A stretch of 64,000 bases of DNA from an uncultured delta proteobacterium (GTDB taxonomy: Bacteria > Desulfobacterota > Binatia > Binatales > Binataceae), in assembly GCA_963842085.1 (NCBI GenBank), contig CAWJET010000001.1, forward strand, positions 1,856,001 to 1,920,000. Direction: 5' to 3'. The notes below the pieces were generated by a model. It saw only the letters and a program-made list of their open reading frames with translations, searched no databases and was not told where the DNA came from. The position numbers were made by a program, and so were the translations under genes. Numbering within the stretch: position 1 is the first letter of the stretch; each line of letters starts with the position of its first letter. Shown here piece after piece: positions 49,229 to 58,739 of the stretch.

Positions 49229-50167
49229 GTGGAACTCATCGCGCTTGAAGCACAGAGCGAGCGCGCCGTGATTGTGCCGGGCGCCGGATGCCAATGCCTG
49301 CGCTATCGCGCCGGCACGCTCGACCTCATCGCGGGCCCTGCCGATCCCGACGCATGGCGCGAGCATCCGCATCGCGGCGGCATCCCGATTCTCTTTCCGT
49401 GGCCGGGCCGCATCGCCGGCGCACGCTTCACGTTCAACGGCCGCGAATACCGAATGCCCGTGAATGAGCCCGCGCGCGGTCACGCGATTCACGGCTTCGC
49501 CTGCGAGCGCGCCTTTCGCGTGACGCGGCGCGGACCCTACTTCGTCACCGCGCTTCTCGATTCGTCTGACTATCCGGATCTCAAGGCGATCTGGCCATGG
49601 CCGTGCGCGCTCGAAATAGACTACGAAGTAGGTAATGGACTGAGATTGAAGGCCCGCATTACCAACACCGGCAACTCGGTGATGCCGTTCGGATTCGGCG
49701 CGCATCCTTACTTTCACGCGCCCCTCAATCCCAAAGGCGCGCGCGACGCGATGCTGATCCAGCTCGACGCCAGCGCGCGATGGCCACTCGACGCTCGCCT
49801 CATACCCACCGGCGCCGCCGAGCCTCTTGCGGGCAAGTACGATCTTCGCGCGCCACGTTCGCTTGGCGGTGACACTTACGACGACGCATTCCGCATGGCG
49901 CCGATCTCGAATGGCGAGCGCCAGACGCCGCGCGCGCGGCTGATCGATCCGTCGCTAAAAGTTGCGCTCGAGATTCGCGCCGACGCCGCGTTCGGCGACT
50001 TTGTCGTCTTCGCTCCCCCGGACAACCCGGTCGTCGCGCTCGAGCCGTACACCTGCGCACCCGACGCGTTCAATCTCGCCGCCCGCGGCGTCGCGGCCGG
50101 GATGCGCGAGCTCGCACCCGGCCAGACCTTCGAAGCCGGCTTCGAGATTCGCCTCAACGTCCCTTGA
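49229..50167 (+). CDS. Aldose 1-epimerase family protein
   Basis: LFPWPGRI, AIHGF, GAHPYF, YDD, LEPYT. Confidence 0.9.
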   Translation: MELIALEAQSERAVIVPGAGCQCLRYRAGTLDLIAGPADPDAWREHPHRGGIPILFPWPGRIAGARFTFNGREYRMPVNEPARGHAIHGFACERAFRVTRRGPYFVTALLDSSDYPDLKAIWPWPCALEIDYEVGNGLRLKARITNTGNSVMPFGFGAHPYFHAPLNPKGARDAMLIQLDASARWPLDARLIPTGAAEPLAGKYDLRAPRSLGGDTYDDAFRMAPISNGERQTPRARLIDPSLKVALEIRADAAFGDFVVFAPPDNPVVALEPYTCAPDAFNLAARGVAAGMRELAPGQTFEAGFEIRLNVP

Positions 50168-50969
50168 AGCGCGGCTCACGCCGCTGCGCCAGTGCTGCCG
50201 CGCCTTCGCGAAAATCCTCGGTGACGAGCAGCGAGCTCTGCGCCAGCACTTCGAGTTCCTGGAACGTCATCTTGTCCAGGCCGTGACCCTTGTCGATGAT
50301 TCGCTTGGCCAGCCCGACCGCGAGCGGCGCGTTGCGCGCCATCTCGCGCGCCAACTCTTCGGCCGCGGCAAGATGCGCGCCGTCGGCGACGACGCGATTT
50401 ACCAGCCCGATCTTTTCAGCGTCCGCCGCCTCGATCATCCGCGCCGTCATGATCAGCTCCTTCGAGCGCGCGTAGCCGACTGTCCGCGTAAGCCGCGTCG
50501 TGCCACCCACGTCCGGCACGAGGCCGACACGCACTTCCGGCATCCCGAGGCGCGCGCCGACCGACGCGATTCTCGCGTCGCAGGCGAGCGCCAACTCGAG
50601 TCCGAGTCCGCCGACGAAGCCATGCAGCGCGCCGATGACCGGTTTCTCGATACTCTCGATCCGGTTGAGCGACGCCTGCGACTCCGCCACGAAGCGCCGA
50701 AAACGCTGCATGTCGGGCCCGCCTCCTTCGCCGGCGCGCGCGCCCGTGTCGTTGGCGAGCGAGGCGAAATCGATCCCCGCCGAGAACGCCTGCCCCTCGC
50801 CATAAATGATGACCGCGCGAACTTCGGGCCGATCGACCTCGTCGATCGCCTGCGGAATCGCGCGGAGCATCGCCTGGTTAATCGCGTTGCGTTTTTCAGG
50901 CCGGTTGAGCGCGATGTACGCGATCTCACCGTCGATTCGAACCTTGATTACGTCTTCAGCCATGGCCAT
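50154..50969 (-). CDS. Enoyl-CoA hydratase/isomerase
   Basis: LNRPEKRNA, FSAGID, GLGLELALACD, GMPEV. Confidence 0.93.
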   Translation of the reverse strand: MAMAEDVIKVRIDGEIAYIALNRPEKRNAINQAMLRAIPQAIDEVDRPEVRAVIIYGEGQAFSAGIDFASLANDTGARAGEGGGPDMQRFRRFVAESQASLNRIESIEKPVIGALHGFVGGLGLELALACDARIASVGARLGMPEVRVGLVPDVGGTTRLTRTVGYARSKELIMTARMIEAADAEKIGLVNRVVADGAHLAAAEELAREMARNAPLAVGLAKRIIDKGHGLDKMTFQELEVLAQSSLLVTEDFREGAAALAQRREPRFKGR

Positions 50970-51329
50970 ACCTCGTTGCTGGGTCGAAACTAGTTGGTTA
51001 GCGGGGCAAAAATGAGTGTTCTTTCGGGAACCGGATTTCGTGAGATGCTACCATCTGTTGTGGCTCAGTGACCTTCAGCTACTATCGGCGGGTTCGTTCC
51101 GTCAAATTTGCGTTTTGCATGAGGGTCGATGTGGGCAGAGTTTCGCTGGATGATCGCGCGGCGTGGAGGTGTTGATTGATGCGCATCACCGATCACATAG
51201 CATGTCGGAGTCTGCGCGGTAAGGCTGAAGAGTTCAGTTCCACCTGAAGTATGTATGTACCCACAGAGTCGCTATCAGAGTGGTGCGCGCGAAGCGCGCG
51301 ATTAAGGGACCGGGTTCGCGTCGCGCGAA

Positions 51330-51384
51330 GCTGTCCGAGATCCCTCCATCCGCTCGCGTTGCTCGCTTCGTCGGGATGACACAA
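51330..51384. repeat. REP-like palindromic repeat, copy 1
   Basis: GCTGTCCGAGATCCCTCCATCCGCTCGCGTTGCTCGCTTCGTCGGGATGACACAA. Confidence 0.9.
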
Positions 51385-51455
51385 CAAGTGATCACGTCAG
51401 AATCGCGAACGATGCCCGCGACTCTCAGAACCGGTACCGGCGGCGCTTGCGCGCC

Positions 51456-51510
51456 GCTGTCCGAGATCCTTCCTGCCGCTCGCGTTGCTCGCTACGTCAG
51501 GATGACACAA
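51456..51510. repeat. REP-like palindromic repeat, copy 2
   Basis: 55-bp near-identical direct copy of 51330-51384. Confidence 0.9.
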
Positions 51511-51604
51511 GAAAGTGCTCGCTTCGGCACCAAGGTCTGGGCGGACCTGTATCAGACAGAACCGGAATATTGAATAGCGGGCGAAAAATGCGCGCTGCAT
51601 ACGG

Positions 51605-51645
51605 CCCCCAACCTTCGATCCTCTTCCTTGCAGGAGAGGGGAAGG
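51605..51645. repeat. Imperfect hairpin just 3' of the ADH stop (second REP-like family or terminator)
   Basis: CCTTC..CCTCTTCCT-TGC-AGGAGAGG.GAAGG. Confidence 0.5.
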
Positions 51646-51647
51646 CT

Positions 51648-52703
51648 TCAGGGCTTCAGCAGGACCTTCATTGCGTTGTCTTTTCTTGCGTTGAAGATTT
51701 CGTAGCCTTTGGCGGCCTCGTCCAGGGGCATTATGTGGCTTATCAGGGGTCGCGGGTCCAGGGTGCCTTTTTCTATCAGGCGGGCCAGTTGCGGGATGTG
51801 GGCGTTGATGTTTGCGAGGCCGATGCTGAACGTCAGGTCTCGCGCGAAGGCATAGCCGATTGGGAAATTGAACGACGGCGCGGCGAAGACGCCGATTACC
51901 GACACGGTGCCGCCGCCGCGCGCGGCCATTATCGCCGAGGTCAGGGCGGCATCGTTGCCGACCGCTTCGATCGTGACGTCGGCGCCGCGGCCTTCGGTGC
52001 GATCGAGGATCGTCTGCTGCGCTTTTTCAGTGTCCACGGCGAACGCGCCGAGTTTGCGCGCGAGTTCCAGGCGGTACGCGATGCTATCGACGGCTATCAC
52101 TTCGGCCGGACCGAACAGCTTCGCACTCATCACGGCGCAGAGGCCGACGGGGCCGCATCCGAAGATTGCGACCGTGTCGCCGGGGCGGATGTTGCCGTTG
52201 ACGGCGCCGAAAAAGCTCGTCGGCAGGATGTCGGCGAGAAAGACCGCGACGTCATCGTCGATCGCGTCGGGCAGAGGATAGCAGGTGTAATCGGCCATCG
52301 GGACGCGCACCGCTTCGGACTGCTCGCCGCCGAGCCATCCGAGCTTGCCCGCGGAACTCGAGCCGTAGCCGAATACCGCGGAGCCGCTCTCCGCGCATTG
52401 CGAGGGCTGTCCGCGCCGGCAGAAGAAGCATCGCCCGCATGCGACCAGCCCCGAGACGACGACGCGATCGCCTTTCTTCAGACGATCGACGCCCGCGCCC
52501 ACTTCCTCGATCACGCCGACGCCTTCATGGCCCAGCACGAAGCCGGGCGCCGCGGGAATAGCGCCGTGATAGCAGTGCAGGTCGGAGCCGCAGATTCCCG
52601 CGCGCGTGATTCGCACGAGCGCGTCGGTGGGCGTCTGGAGGGCGGGGTCATCGACGCGCTCGACGCGCACGTCGTGGGGTCCGTGGAAGACAGTTCCTTT
52701 CAT
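51648..52703 (-). CDS. Zn-dependent (MDR) alcohol dehydrogenase, FDH-like subfamily
   Basis: ICGSDLH, GHEG.G, C..C..C.......C, ADILPT, GCGPVG; true start MKGTVFHGP. Confidence 0.93.
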   Translation of the reverse strand: MKGTVFHGPHDVRVERVDDPALQTPTDALVRITRAGICGSDLHCYHGAIPAAPGFVLGHEGVGVIEEVGAGVDRLKKGDRVVVSGLVACGRCFFCRRGQPSQCAESGSAVFGYGSSSAGKLGWLGGEQSEAVRVPMADYTCYPLPDAIDDDVAVFLADILPTSFFGAVNGNIRPGDTVAIFGCGPVGLCAVMSAKLFGPAEVIAVDSIAYRLELARKLGAFAVDTEKAQQTILDRTEGRGADVTIEAVGNDAALTSAIMAARGGGTVSVIGVFAAPSFNFPIGYAFARDLTFSIGLANINAHIPQLARLIEKGTLDPRPLISHIMPLDEAAKGYEIFNARKDNAMKVLLKP

Positions 52704-52777
52704 GGTGTGGGTGATACCTTTTGTGTAATGGCGTTCTCCAGCATGGGCAAAACCGGTACCGGCTTCGCCGGCGCGAA

Positions 52778-52866
52778 GCTGTCCGAGATGCTTCCTTCCG
52801 CTCGCGTTGCTCGCTTCGTCAGCATGACACAAGACGCTCGCGTTGCTCGCTTCTGTCAGGATGACA
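52778..52866. repeat. REP-like repeat copy 3 plus tandem partial copy 4
   Basis: Full copy at 52778-52832; 3'-half copy at 52835-52866. Confidence 0.9.
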
Positions 52867-52994
52867 GGACACCCGCGGCGCTTTGCGCTATCGTCGAGAC
52901 GGCGAACCAGCGAATAATGGCACAGAGCAAGGCGGGTTTGCAGAGGCGGCGAAGCCCGTGATAATTGCAGAGGCTTGCTACTCGGGAGGTTCCT

Positions 52995-53459
52995 ATGATT
53001 CAAACGGTGAAGAAAATTCTCGCACCCATAGATTTTTCGGTGCACTCGATGGAAGCGATGCGGGCCGCGTTTGAAATGGCGAAAGAGGTCGGCGCCGAAG
53101 TTCACCTGGTGCACGTTATCGCGCCGCATCACACCTTCATCCCGTTGCCGTTGGAGTCCAATGCCGAGCAGAACCGGGAGCTGGTGCGGGAATCCGCGAT
53201 GCTCGAGCAGGCGGAGGAAGAACTCGCGCGCATCAAGAAAGATGACTTCGGCGATTCCACGAAGGTCTTCACCTTTTCCGTGGTCGGCCATCCCGTTCAG
53301 AAGCTCGTCGAATACGCCAAGGAGCAGGCGATTGACCTGATCGTGATGGCTACGCACGGACGTAGCGGCGGCGAGCATATGTTGATCGGCAGCGTGGTCG
53401 AGAAAATGGTGCGCAACTCACCGTGCTCAGTCCTGGTCTTCCGTCCGCGCCCCCGATAA
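52995..53459 (+). CDS. Universal stress protein
   Basis: KILAPIDFS, DLIVMATHGRSG...IGSV.EK.VR.SPCSVLV. Confidence 0.95.
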   Translation: MIQTVKKILAPIDFSVHSMEAMRAAFEMAKEVGAEVHLVHVIAPHHTFIPLPLESNAEQNRELVRESAMLEQAEEELARIKKDDFGDSTKVFTFSVVGHPVQKLVEYAKEQAIDLIVMATHGRSGGEHMLIGSVVEKMVRNSPCSVLVFRPRPR

Positions 53460-53706
53460 CCAACAAGCACGTCATTCCCGGCGGCCGCGTGCACTCGCGG
53501 CCGTCGTCGCGTCGCGGCAAGTATTACTGCGCGGACGTATTAGTTCTGCTGATGACCACTACTCTGAACAAATAAGGGCCAGGCAGATTGCTCTACCCAG
53601 CCCGTAGCCAACCGGGAAAAGGGGGGCAAACCCCGGCCAGCAAAGGAATTATACGCAACTGCCGCTGTGTTGCAACAACCGCCGAACCCCCCTGCCAACC
53701 AGCCCG

Positions 53707-53976
53707 TCAGACTTTGCCGCCGCCAAGCGCAGGGATGAAATGCACTTCGCTATTCTCGCCGACTGCGTCGAGCACGCCGCCGGTGGCGATTTCGCCGTCG
53801 ATTGACACCGCGATCGACGGCCGGATGTCTCCGTCCACGAGTAACTGCTGGTCGATTCCTGGAAACTGCTCGCCAAGATGCCGAACCAGCTCGCGAATCG
53901 ATTTTCCCGGTACGTTAATGCGCTCGATGCCACCGGTAAATTTGCGTAACAGGGCAGGAATAACAACGATAGGCAT
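53707..53976 (-). CDS. MoaD/ThiS family sulfur carrier with C-terminal extension (GGGKV)
   Basis: Ubiquitin-like pattern IPALLR..TGG...EVHFIPALGGG. Confidence 0.85.
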   Translation of the reverse strand: MPIVVIPALLRKFTGGIERINVPGKSIRELVRHLGEQFPGIDQQLLVDGDIRPSIAVSIDGEIATGGVLDAVGENSEVHFIPALGGGKV

Positions 53977-53985
53977 CGTAAAAGC

Positions 53986-54020
53986 AAAAAAAGGAGCGAG
54001 CAACCAAGCTCGCTCCTTTT
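53986..54020 (-). terminator. Intrinsic terminator after the molybdoenzyme operon
   Basis: Perfect stem AAAAGGAGCGAGC/GCTCGCTCCTTTT with a 7-U tract on the minus strand. Confidence 0.85.
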
Positions 54021-54032
54021 GACCACTCCTGA

Positions 54033-56321
54033 TTAATCCGCCGCGGCGGAATGCTGGGTCGAGCCGCGATGCTTCAGCATCGCCTTCAGCAGCTTCGGCG
54101 GCGACATCGGCGTCTCCGTCATCCTGACGCCCACCGCGCGATAGATCGCGTTGGCGACCGCTGCCACCGGCGGCACGATCGACACTTCGCCGACACCGCG
54201 CACGCCCAGCGGATGGCCGGGGTTTGCCTCCTCGACGACGATCGTTTCGATCATCGGCAAGTCGAGGCAGGTCGGCATCCGGTAGTCGAGGAATCCGGAG
54301 TTACGCAGCGTGCCCTTGTCGTCGTAGAAATATTCCTCGTTCAGCGCCCATCCGAGTCCCTGCGCCGTGCCGCCCTGCATCTGTCCTTCGACGTAGCTCG
54401 GATGAATCGCCTTGCCCGCATCCTGCGCGACGGTGCATCGCAGAATTTGCACCTTGCCGGTGTCGGGATCGACCTCGACGTCGACGACCGTGGTGGCGAA
54501 TCCCGGCCCTACGCCGCGTGCGTTCACGCTGGCGCGACCGGTGATCGGTCCGCCCGTGCGCGGGAAGCGTGGCGCGAGCTGCTTGATCGACAGCGGCGGC
54601 ACGCCGTTGCCTTTCGCGTGGAGCTTGCCGTCGCGGAATTCCACCTCGTCGGGCTTTTTCTCCCAGACCTTGGCGGCGCGCTCGATCAACTGGCGCTCGG
54701 CGTCCTTGGCCGCCTCGTACACGGCCATCCCGGTTGCGAAGGTGACGCGGCTGCCGCCGGTCACGTCGGTATGGCCTATAGAATCGGTGTCGGCGGTGAT
54801 CGGGCGCACGTCGGTCACCGGGATTCCGAGCACTTCCGCCGTGATCATCGCCATCGAGGCGCGCGAGCCGCCGATATCCGGCGAGCCGGTCACGACGCTG
54901 GCGGTACCGTCGGTGTGGATATTCACCGTGGCCGACGACTGCATCCCGGCGTTGAACCAGAAGCCCGAGGCGACGCCGCGTCCGCGGAATTTGCCGGTCA
55001 GCTTCGACTTGTAATGCGGGCTGTTCTTGATCGCTTCGCAAGTCTGGATGAATCCGATGCGCTTGAACGGAGGGCCGACGACCTGCGGCGCGCCTTCTTT
55101 GGCGCCGTTCTTGATGCGGAAGTCGATCGGATCGATTCCGCACTTCTCGGCGAGTTCGTCGATCACCGTCTCGGACGCGAACGCGGCGTTAGTCGCGCCC
55201 GGCGCGCGATAGGCCGCGGTCTTGGGCCGATTGACCACTACGTCGTACGCATCGATTTGAAAATTCTCGACCGTGTACGGAGCGATGATGCACATCGCGC
55301 CCGCGCCCACCGGCGAACCGGGGAACGCGCCCGCCTCGTACGCCATCCAGATTTCCGCGGCGACCAGTTTGCCCTCCCTGGTCGCGCCCATCTTCACTTT
55401 GATCTTCGAGCCTGAGGTCGGGCCGCTGGCGCGGAGTACCTCCGAGCGCGACATGACGAGCTTCACCGGCGCGCCGGTCTTCTTGGACAGCAGCACCGAC
55501 AGCGGTTCGAGGTAGATGGTGGTCTTGCCGCCGAAGCCGCCGCCGATTTCAGCCGGCACGACCTTGATATGGCCGACCGGCATCCCCAGCACCTGCGCGC
55601 TGAGCGAGCGCACGTCGAAGGCGCCTTGCGTCGAGCAGTAAATCGTCGCCTGCCCGTCGGAGTTGTAGATGCCGACGGCGTTGTGCGGTTCGATATATCC
55701 CTGGTGGACCATCGCGGTGTTGAATTCGCGCTCGATCACGTAGTCCGCCGCCTTGAATCCCGCTTCGAGGTCGCCGCGCTTGAACTGGTAGTGCTGCGCG
55801 ACGTTGGTCGGCTGGTCGCCTTCCTCCTTGTTGCGCAGGTCCTTCAGCAGAATCGGCGCACCGGGCCTGGTCGCGGCATCGACGGTCATCACCGGCGGCA
55901 GCACTTCGTACTCGACTTCGATCAGCCGCAGCGCCTCCTCGGCGATATGCGGGCTGATCGCGGCGACGGCGGCGATCGCGTGGCCGTCGTACAGGACCTT
56001 GTCGTGCGCGAGGATGTTCATCGACAGGTACATCGGGTTGATCACCATCTCGCCGGACTGCTCGAGCTTGTTCTCCGCCTGCGGGAGATCCTTCGAGGTG
56101 ACGATCGCCTTGACGCCGGGGAGCTTGAGCGCCTTGTCGATTTTGATCGATTTGATATTCGCGTGAGCGTGCGGGCTGCGCAGCACCTTGCCGTGCAGCA
56201 TGCCGGGGAAAGCGTAGTCGGCGCCGTACTTGGCGCGGCCCGTCACTTTGTCAACGCCGTCGTGCCGAATCGGACGCGTGCCGATAACTTTGAAATTGCC
56301 GGTCGTGGTTGATGCCGCCAT
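54033..56321 (-). CDS. Xanthine dehydrogenase family molybdopterin-binding subunit
   Basis: KVTG.AKY, HQGYIEPH, GGGFGGK, AYRAPG, GGSR, EGQMQGG, GVGE. Confidence 0.95.
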   Translation of the reverse strand: MAASTTTGNFKVIGTRPIRHDGVDKVTGRAKYGADYAFPGMLHGKVLRSPHAHANIKSIKIDKALKLPGVKAIVTSKDLPQAENKLEQSGEMVINPMYLSMNILAHDKVLYDGHAIAAVAAISPHIAEEALRLIEVEYEVLPPVMTVDAATRPGAPILLKDLRNKEEGDQPTNVAQHYQFKRGDLEAGFKAADYVIEREFNTAMVHQGYIEPHNAVGIYNSDGQATIYCSTQGAFDVRSLSAQVLGMPVGHIKVVPAEIGGGFGGKTTIYLEPLSVLLSKKTGAPVKLVMSRSEVLRASGPTSGSKIKVKMGATREGKLVAAEIWMAYEAGAFPGSPVGAGAMCIIAPYTVENFQIDAYDVVVNRPKTAAYRAPGATNAAFASETVIDELAEKCGIDPIDFRIKNGAKEGAPQVVGPPFKRIGFIQTCEAIKNSPHYKSKLTGKFRGRGVASGFWFNAGMQSSATVNIHTDGTASVVTGSPDIGGSRASMAMITAEVLGIPVTDVRPITADTDSIGHTDVTGGSRVTFATGMAVYEAAKDAERQLIERAAKVWEKKPDEVEFRDGKLHAKGNGVPPLSIKQLAPRFPRTGGPITGRASVNARGVGPGFATTVVDVEVDPDTGKVQILRCTVAQDAGKAIHPSYVEGQMQGGTAQGLGWALNEEYFYDDKGTLRNSGFLDYRMPTCLDLPMIETIVVEEANPGHPLGVRGVGEVSIVPPVAAVANAIYRAVGVRMTETPMSPPKLLKAMLKHRGSTQHSAAAD

Positions 56322-56379
56322 GGCCTTACCTCTCGAATCGCCTGGTCGTATCGATCGTCGTCTGAGTACTGCGACGCGC

Positions 56380-56883
56380 TCAGCGCGCGGCCGCCTTGCC
56401 TTCGCCCTGCGAGCGCATGTCCGCCGCCGCGTCGAGCACCGCCTTCACAATCTTGTCGTAGCCGGTGCATCGGCAAAGATTCCCGGCGAGCGCGTAGCGG
56501 ACTTCGGGCTCGGTCGGCTTCGGATTGCGATCGAGCAGCGACTTCGCCGAAATCAAGAATCCCGGCGTGCAGATACCGCACTGCAGGCTCGCGTGCTCGA
56601 GAAACTTGTTCTGCAAAACGTGCAGCACGCCATTGGTGGCGAGTCCCTCGACGGTCGCGATGTTTTTGCCCTGCGCCTCGACGCCGAGCATCAGGCACGA
56701 GCATACCGCGCGGCCGTCGACCAGCACGGTGCACGCGCCGCAGTCGCCGGTCAGGCACCCTTCCTTCGAGCCGGTGAGTTCGAGCACGTCGCGCAGGGTT
56801 TCGAGCAGGCTCTGGCGCGGCTCGCACAGGAACTCGACCGTTTCGCCGTTGATCGTCGCTTCTACCAGGGTCTTTTTGGACAT
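56380..56883 (-). CDS. Molybdenum hydroxylase 2x[2Fe-2S] subunit
   Basis: GC..GDCGACTV, QCGICTPG, GNLCRCTGY. Confidence 0.96.
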   Translation of the reverse strand: MSKKTLVEATINGETVEFLCEPRQSLLETLRDVLELTGSKEGCLTGDCGACTVLVDGRAVCSCLMLGVEAQGKNIATVEGLATNGVLHVLQNKFLEHASLQCGICTPGFLISAKSLLDRNPKPTEPEVRYALAGNLCRCTGYDKIVKAVLDAAADMRSQGEGKAAAR

Positions 56884-56914
56884 CGTCTTGTTCGCCGTGA
56901 TTGATTTTCGGGTG

Positions 56915-57784
56915 TCAGTTCTTCTTCGCGCGTTCGGCGGCGATGGTCAGCGCGCGGCGCGTCAGCACGCCGGTGACGTGAAGCCGGAATTCGGCCGTTC
57001 CGCGCATGTCGTCGATAGGCTTGCACGCCGCGCTCGCCGCACGTCCGGCGGCCTCGAGCGTTGCATCGTCGAGTTTCTTGCCGACCAGCGCGTCGGCAGC
57101 CTTGCTCGCGAGCAGCGGAGTCGCCGCGACCGCGCCGAGCCCGATGCGCGCCACCTTGACCTTGTCGCCGTCGAGCGTGACCGACGCTCCCACGCCGACC
57201 ACTGCGATATCCATCTCGTTGCGCGGGATGAAACGCAGATACGCGTCGCTCGAATGCGGCGCCGGTGCCGGCACCAGCAATTCGACCAGCAACTCGCCGG
57301 GCTTGAGCACCGTGCGTCCGGGCGACACGACGAACGATTCGACCGGCACCTCGCGCTCGCCGCTCGGGCCGACGATTCGCGCACGCGCACCGAGCGCTAT
57401 CAGCGCGGGCGTCGTGTCGGCGGCGGGCGATCCGTTGCACAGATTGCCGCCGACCGAGGCGCGGTTCTGAATCTGCAGCGAGCCGATTAGATGGGCCGCT
57501 TCCGTCAGGCCGGGATAATGACGCCGCATCACATCGCTCTCGCTGATCTCGGTGCACGGGACTGCCGCGCCCAGGCGCAGTCCTTTCTTCGCGTCGAAGG
57601 AGAGAGTCTGCAGCTCCTTGATTTTTTTGACGTCAACCAGATGCTCGGTGCGGCGGACTCCGGCGCGCAACTGGATGAGGATATCGGTGCCGCCGCAGAA
57701 CGGGCGCGCGTTCTCGCCGTGGGTTTTGAGGATGCTGACCGCCTGCTCGAGCGTGGTCGGGGCTTCGTAGCTAATCGCGTGCAA
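56915..57784 (-). CDS. Molybdenum hydroxylase FAD-binding subunit
   Basis: GGTD, QIQNRASVGGNLCNGSPAAD, IDDMRG; GGAGG RBS + TTG. Confidence 0.94.
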   Translation of the reverse strand: MHAISYEAPTTLEQAVSILKTHGENARPFCGGTDILIQLRAGVRRTEHLVDVKKIKELQTLSFDAKKGLRLGAAVPCTEISESDVMRRHYPGLTEAAHLIGSLQIQNRASVGGNLCNGSPAADTTPALIALGARARIVGPSGEREVPVESFVVSPGRTVLKPGELLVELLVPAPAPHSSDAYLRFIPRNEMDIAVVGVGASVTLDGDKVKVARIGLGAVAATPLLASKAADALVGKKLDDATLEAAGRAASAACKPIDDMRGTAEFRLHVTGVLTRRALTIAAERAKKN

Positions 57785-57906
57785 GAGTGGAAAACCTCCG
57801 GGTCGGGCCAAGATTATACCCGCCTTTATGCATTGGATAGCCTAGATGCCGCCCGCTGAAAAGGGCACCCCGGACAGCGCCCGGCGTCACGCCGCGCGCG
57901 CCCAAT

Positions 57907-58695
57907 TCACCTCCCGCACCAGACTGGCTTGCGCTTTTCCAAGAATGCGCCGATGCCTTCCTGCGCGTCCTGCGCCATCGCATTCTGGCTCATCACTTCT
58001 TTCGTGTAGTCGTACGCTTTCGCCGTATCCAGATCGATTTGCTCGTAGAACGCGCGCTTGCCGATTCCGATGATTAGCGGACTCGCCTCGACGATCTGTA
58101 TCGCCAGCTTGCGCGTCTCTGCGATCAGGTCCGCGTCGGCCACCACGCGGTTCACGAGCCCCCATTCGGCTGCCGTGCGCGCTTTTACCGGCTGTCCCGT
58201 CAGCAGCATTTCCATCGCATGCTTGCGTCCGACCGCGCGCGTCAACGCCACCATCGGCGTCGAGCAAAACAGTCCAATCCTCACGCCCGGCGTGGCGAAA
58301 CTCGCGCTCTCGCCCGCGACGACGAGGTCGCAGGTCGCCGCGAGCTGGCATCCCGCGGCGGTGGCGATCGCATGCACGCGCGCGATCACCGGCTGCGGAA
58401 TCGCTTGAATCGTGAGCATCAGTTGCGCGCACAGGTCGAATTCATATCGGTAGAATGCGAGGTCGCGCCCCTTCAGTTCGCCGAGGTCATGACCGGCCGA
58501 GAACGCCGGCCCGTTGCCCGCGATTATCACCGCGCGCGCGTCGCTGCGTTTGCCGATCGCGTGAAGCGCGTCGTTCAGCTCCGTCATCATCGCTGTCGAA
58601 AGCGCGTTGCGCTTCTCCGGGCGGTTCATCGTGAGCGTGACCAGTCCGGCATCTTCCTCGACGATCAGGTTTTTTTGCGCAGTTTCATTTGCCAT
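57907..58695 (-). CDS. Enoyl-CoA hydratase family (ECHDC3-like)
   Basis: FSAGHDL, ATAAGCQL.ATCD, FATPGV.IGLFCSTP. Confidence 0.93.
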   Translation of the reverse strand: MANETAQKNLIVEEDAGLVTLTMNRPEKRNALSTAMMTELNDALHAIGKRSDARAVIIAGNGPAFSAGHDLGELKGRDLAFYRYEFDLCAQLMLTIQAIPQPVIARVHAIATAAGCQLAATCDLVVAGESASFATPGVRIGLFCSTPMVALTRAVGRKHAMEMLLTGQPVKARTAAEWGLVNRVVADADLIAETRKLAIQIVEASPLIIGIGKRAFYEQIDLDTAKAYDYTKEVMSQNAMAQDAQEGIGAFLEKRKPVWCGR

Positions 58696-58739
58696 TGATT
58701 TTCACCCGTCTTCCATTCTCCAACTTTTTAAGCCGCGTG

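Noticed and set aside
51193-51600. Short ORFs with repeated LSEI.P.ARVAR peptide; CRISPR-like appearance
   Set aside because: These are translations of the DNA repeats; units are 55 bp, degenerate and irregularly spaced, with no cas genes
52704-53378. Apparent 225-aa N-terminal extension of the ADH
   Set aside because: Runs through a REP and antisense to the USP gene; the ADH fold starts at 52703
54033-56321. Annotation as aerobic CO dehydrogenase coxL
   Set aside because: Lacks the AYxCSFR motif, and there are no coxDEFG accessory genes
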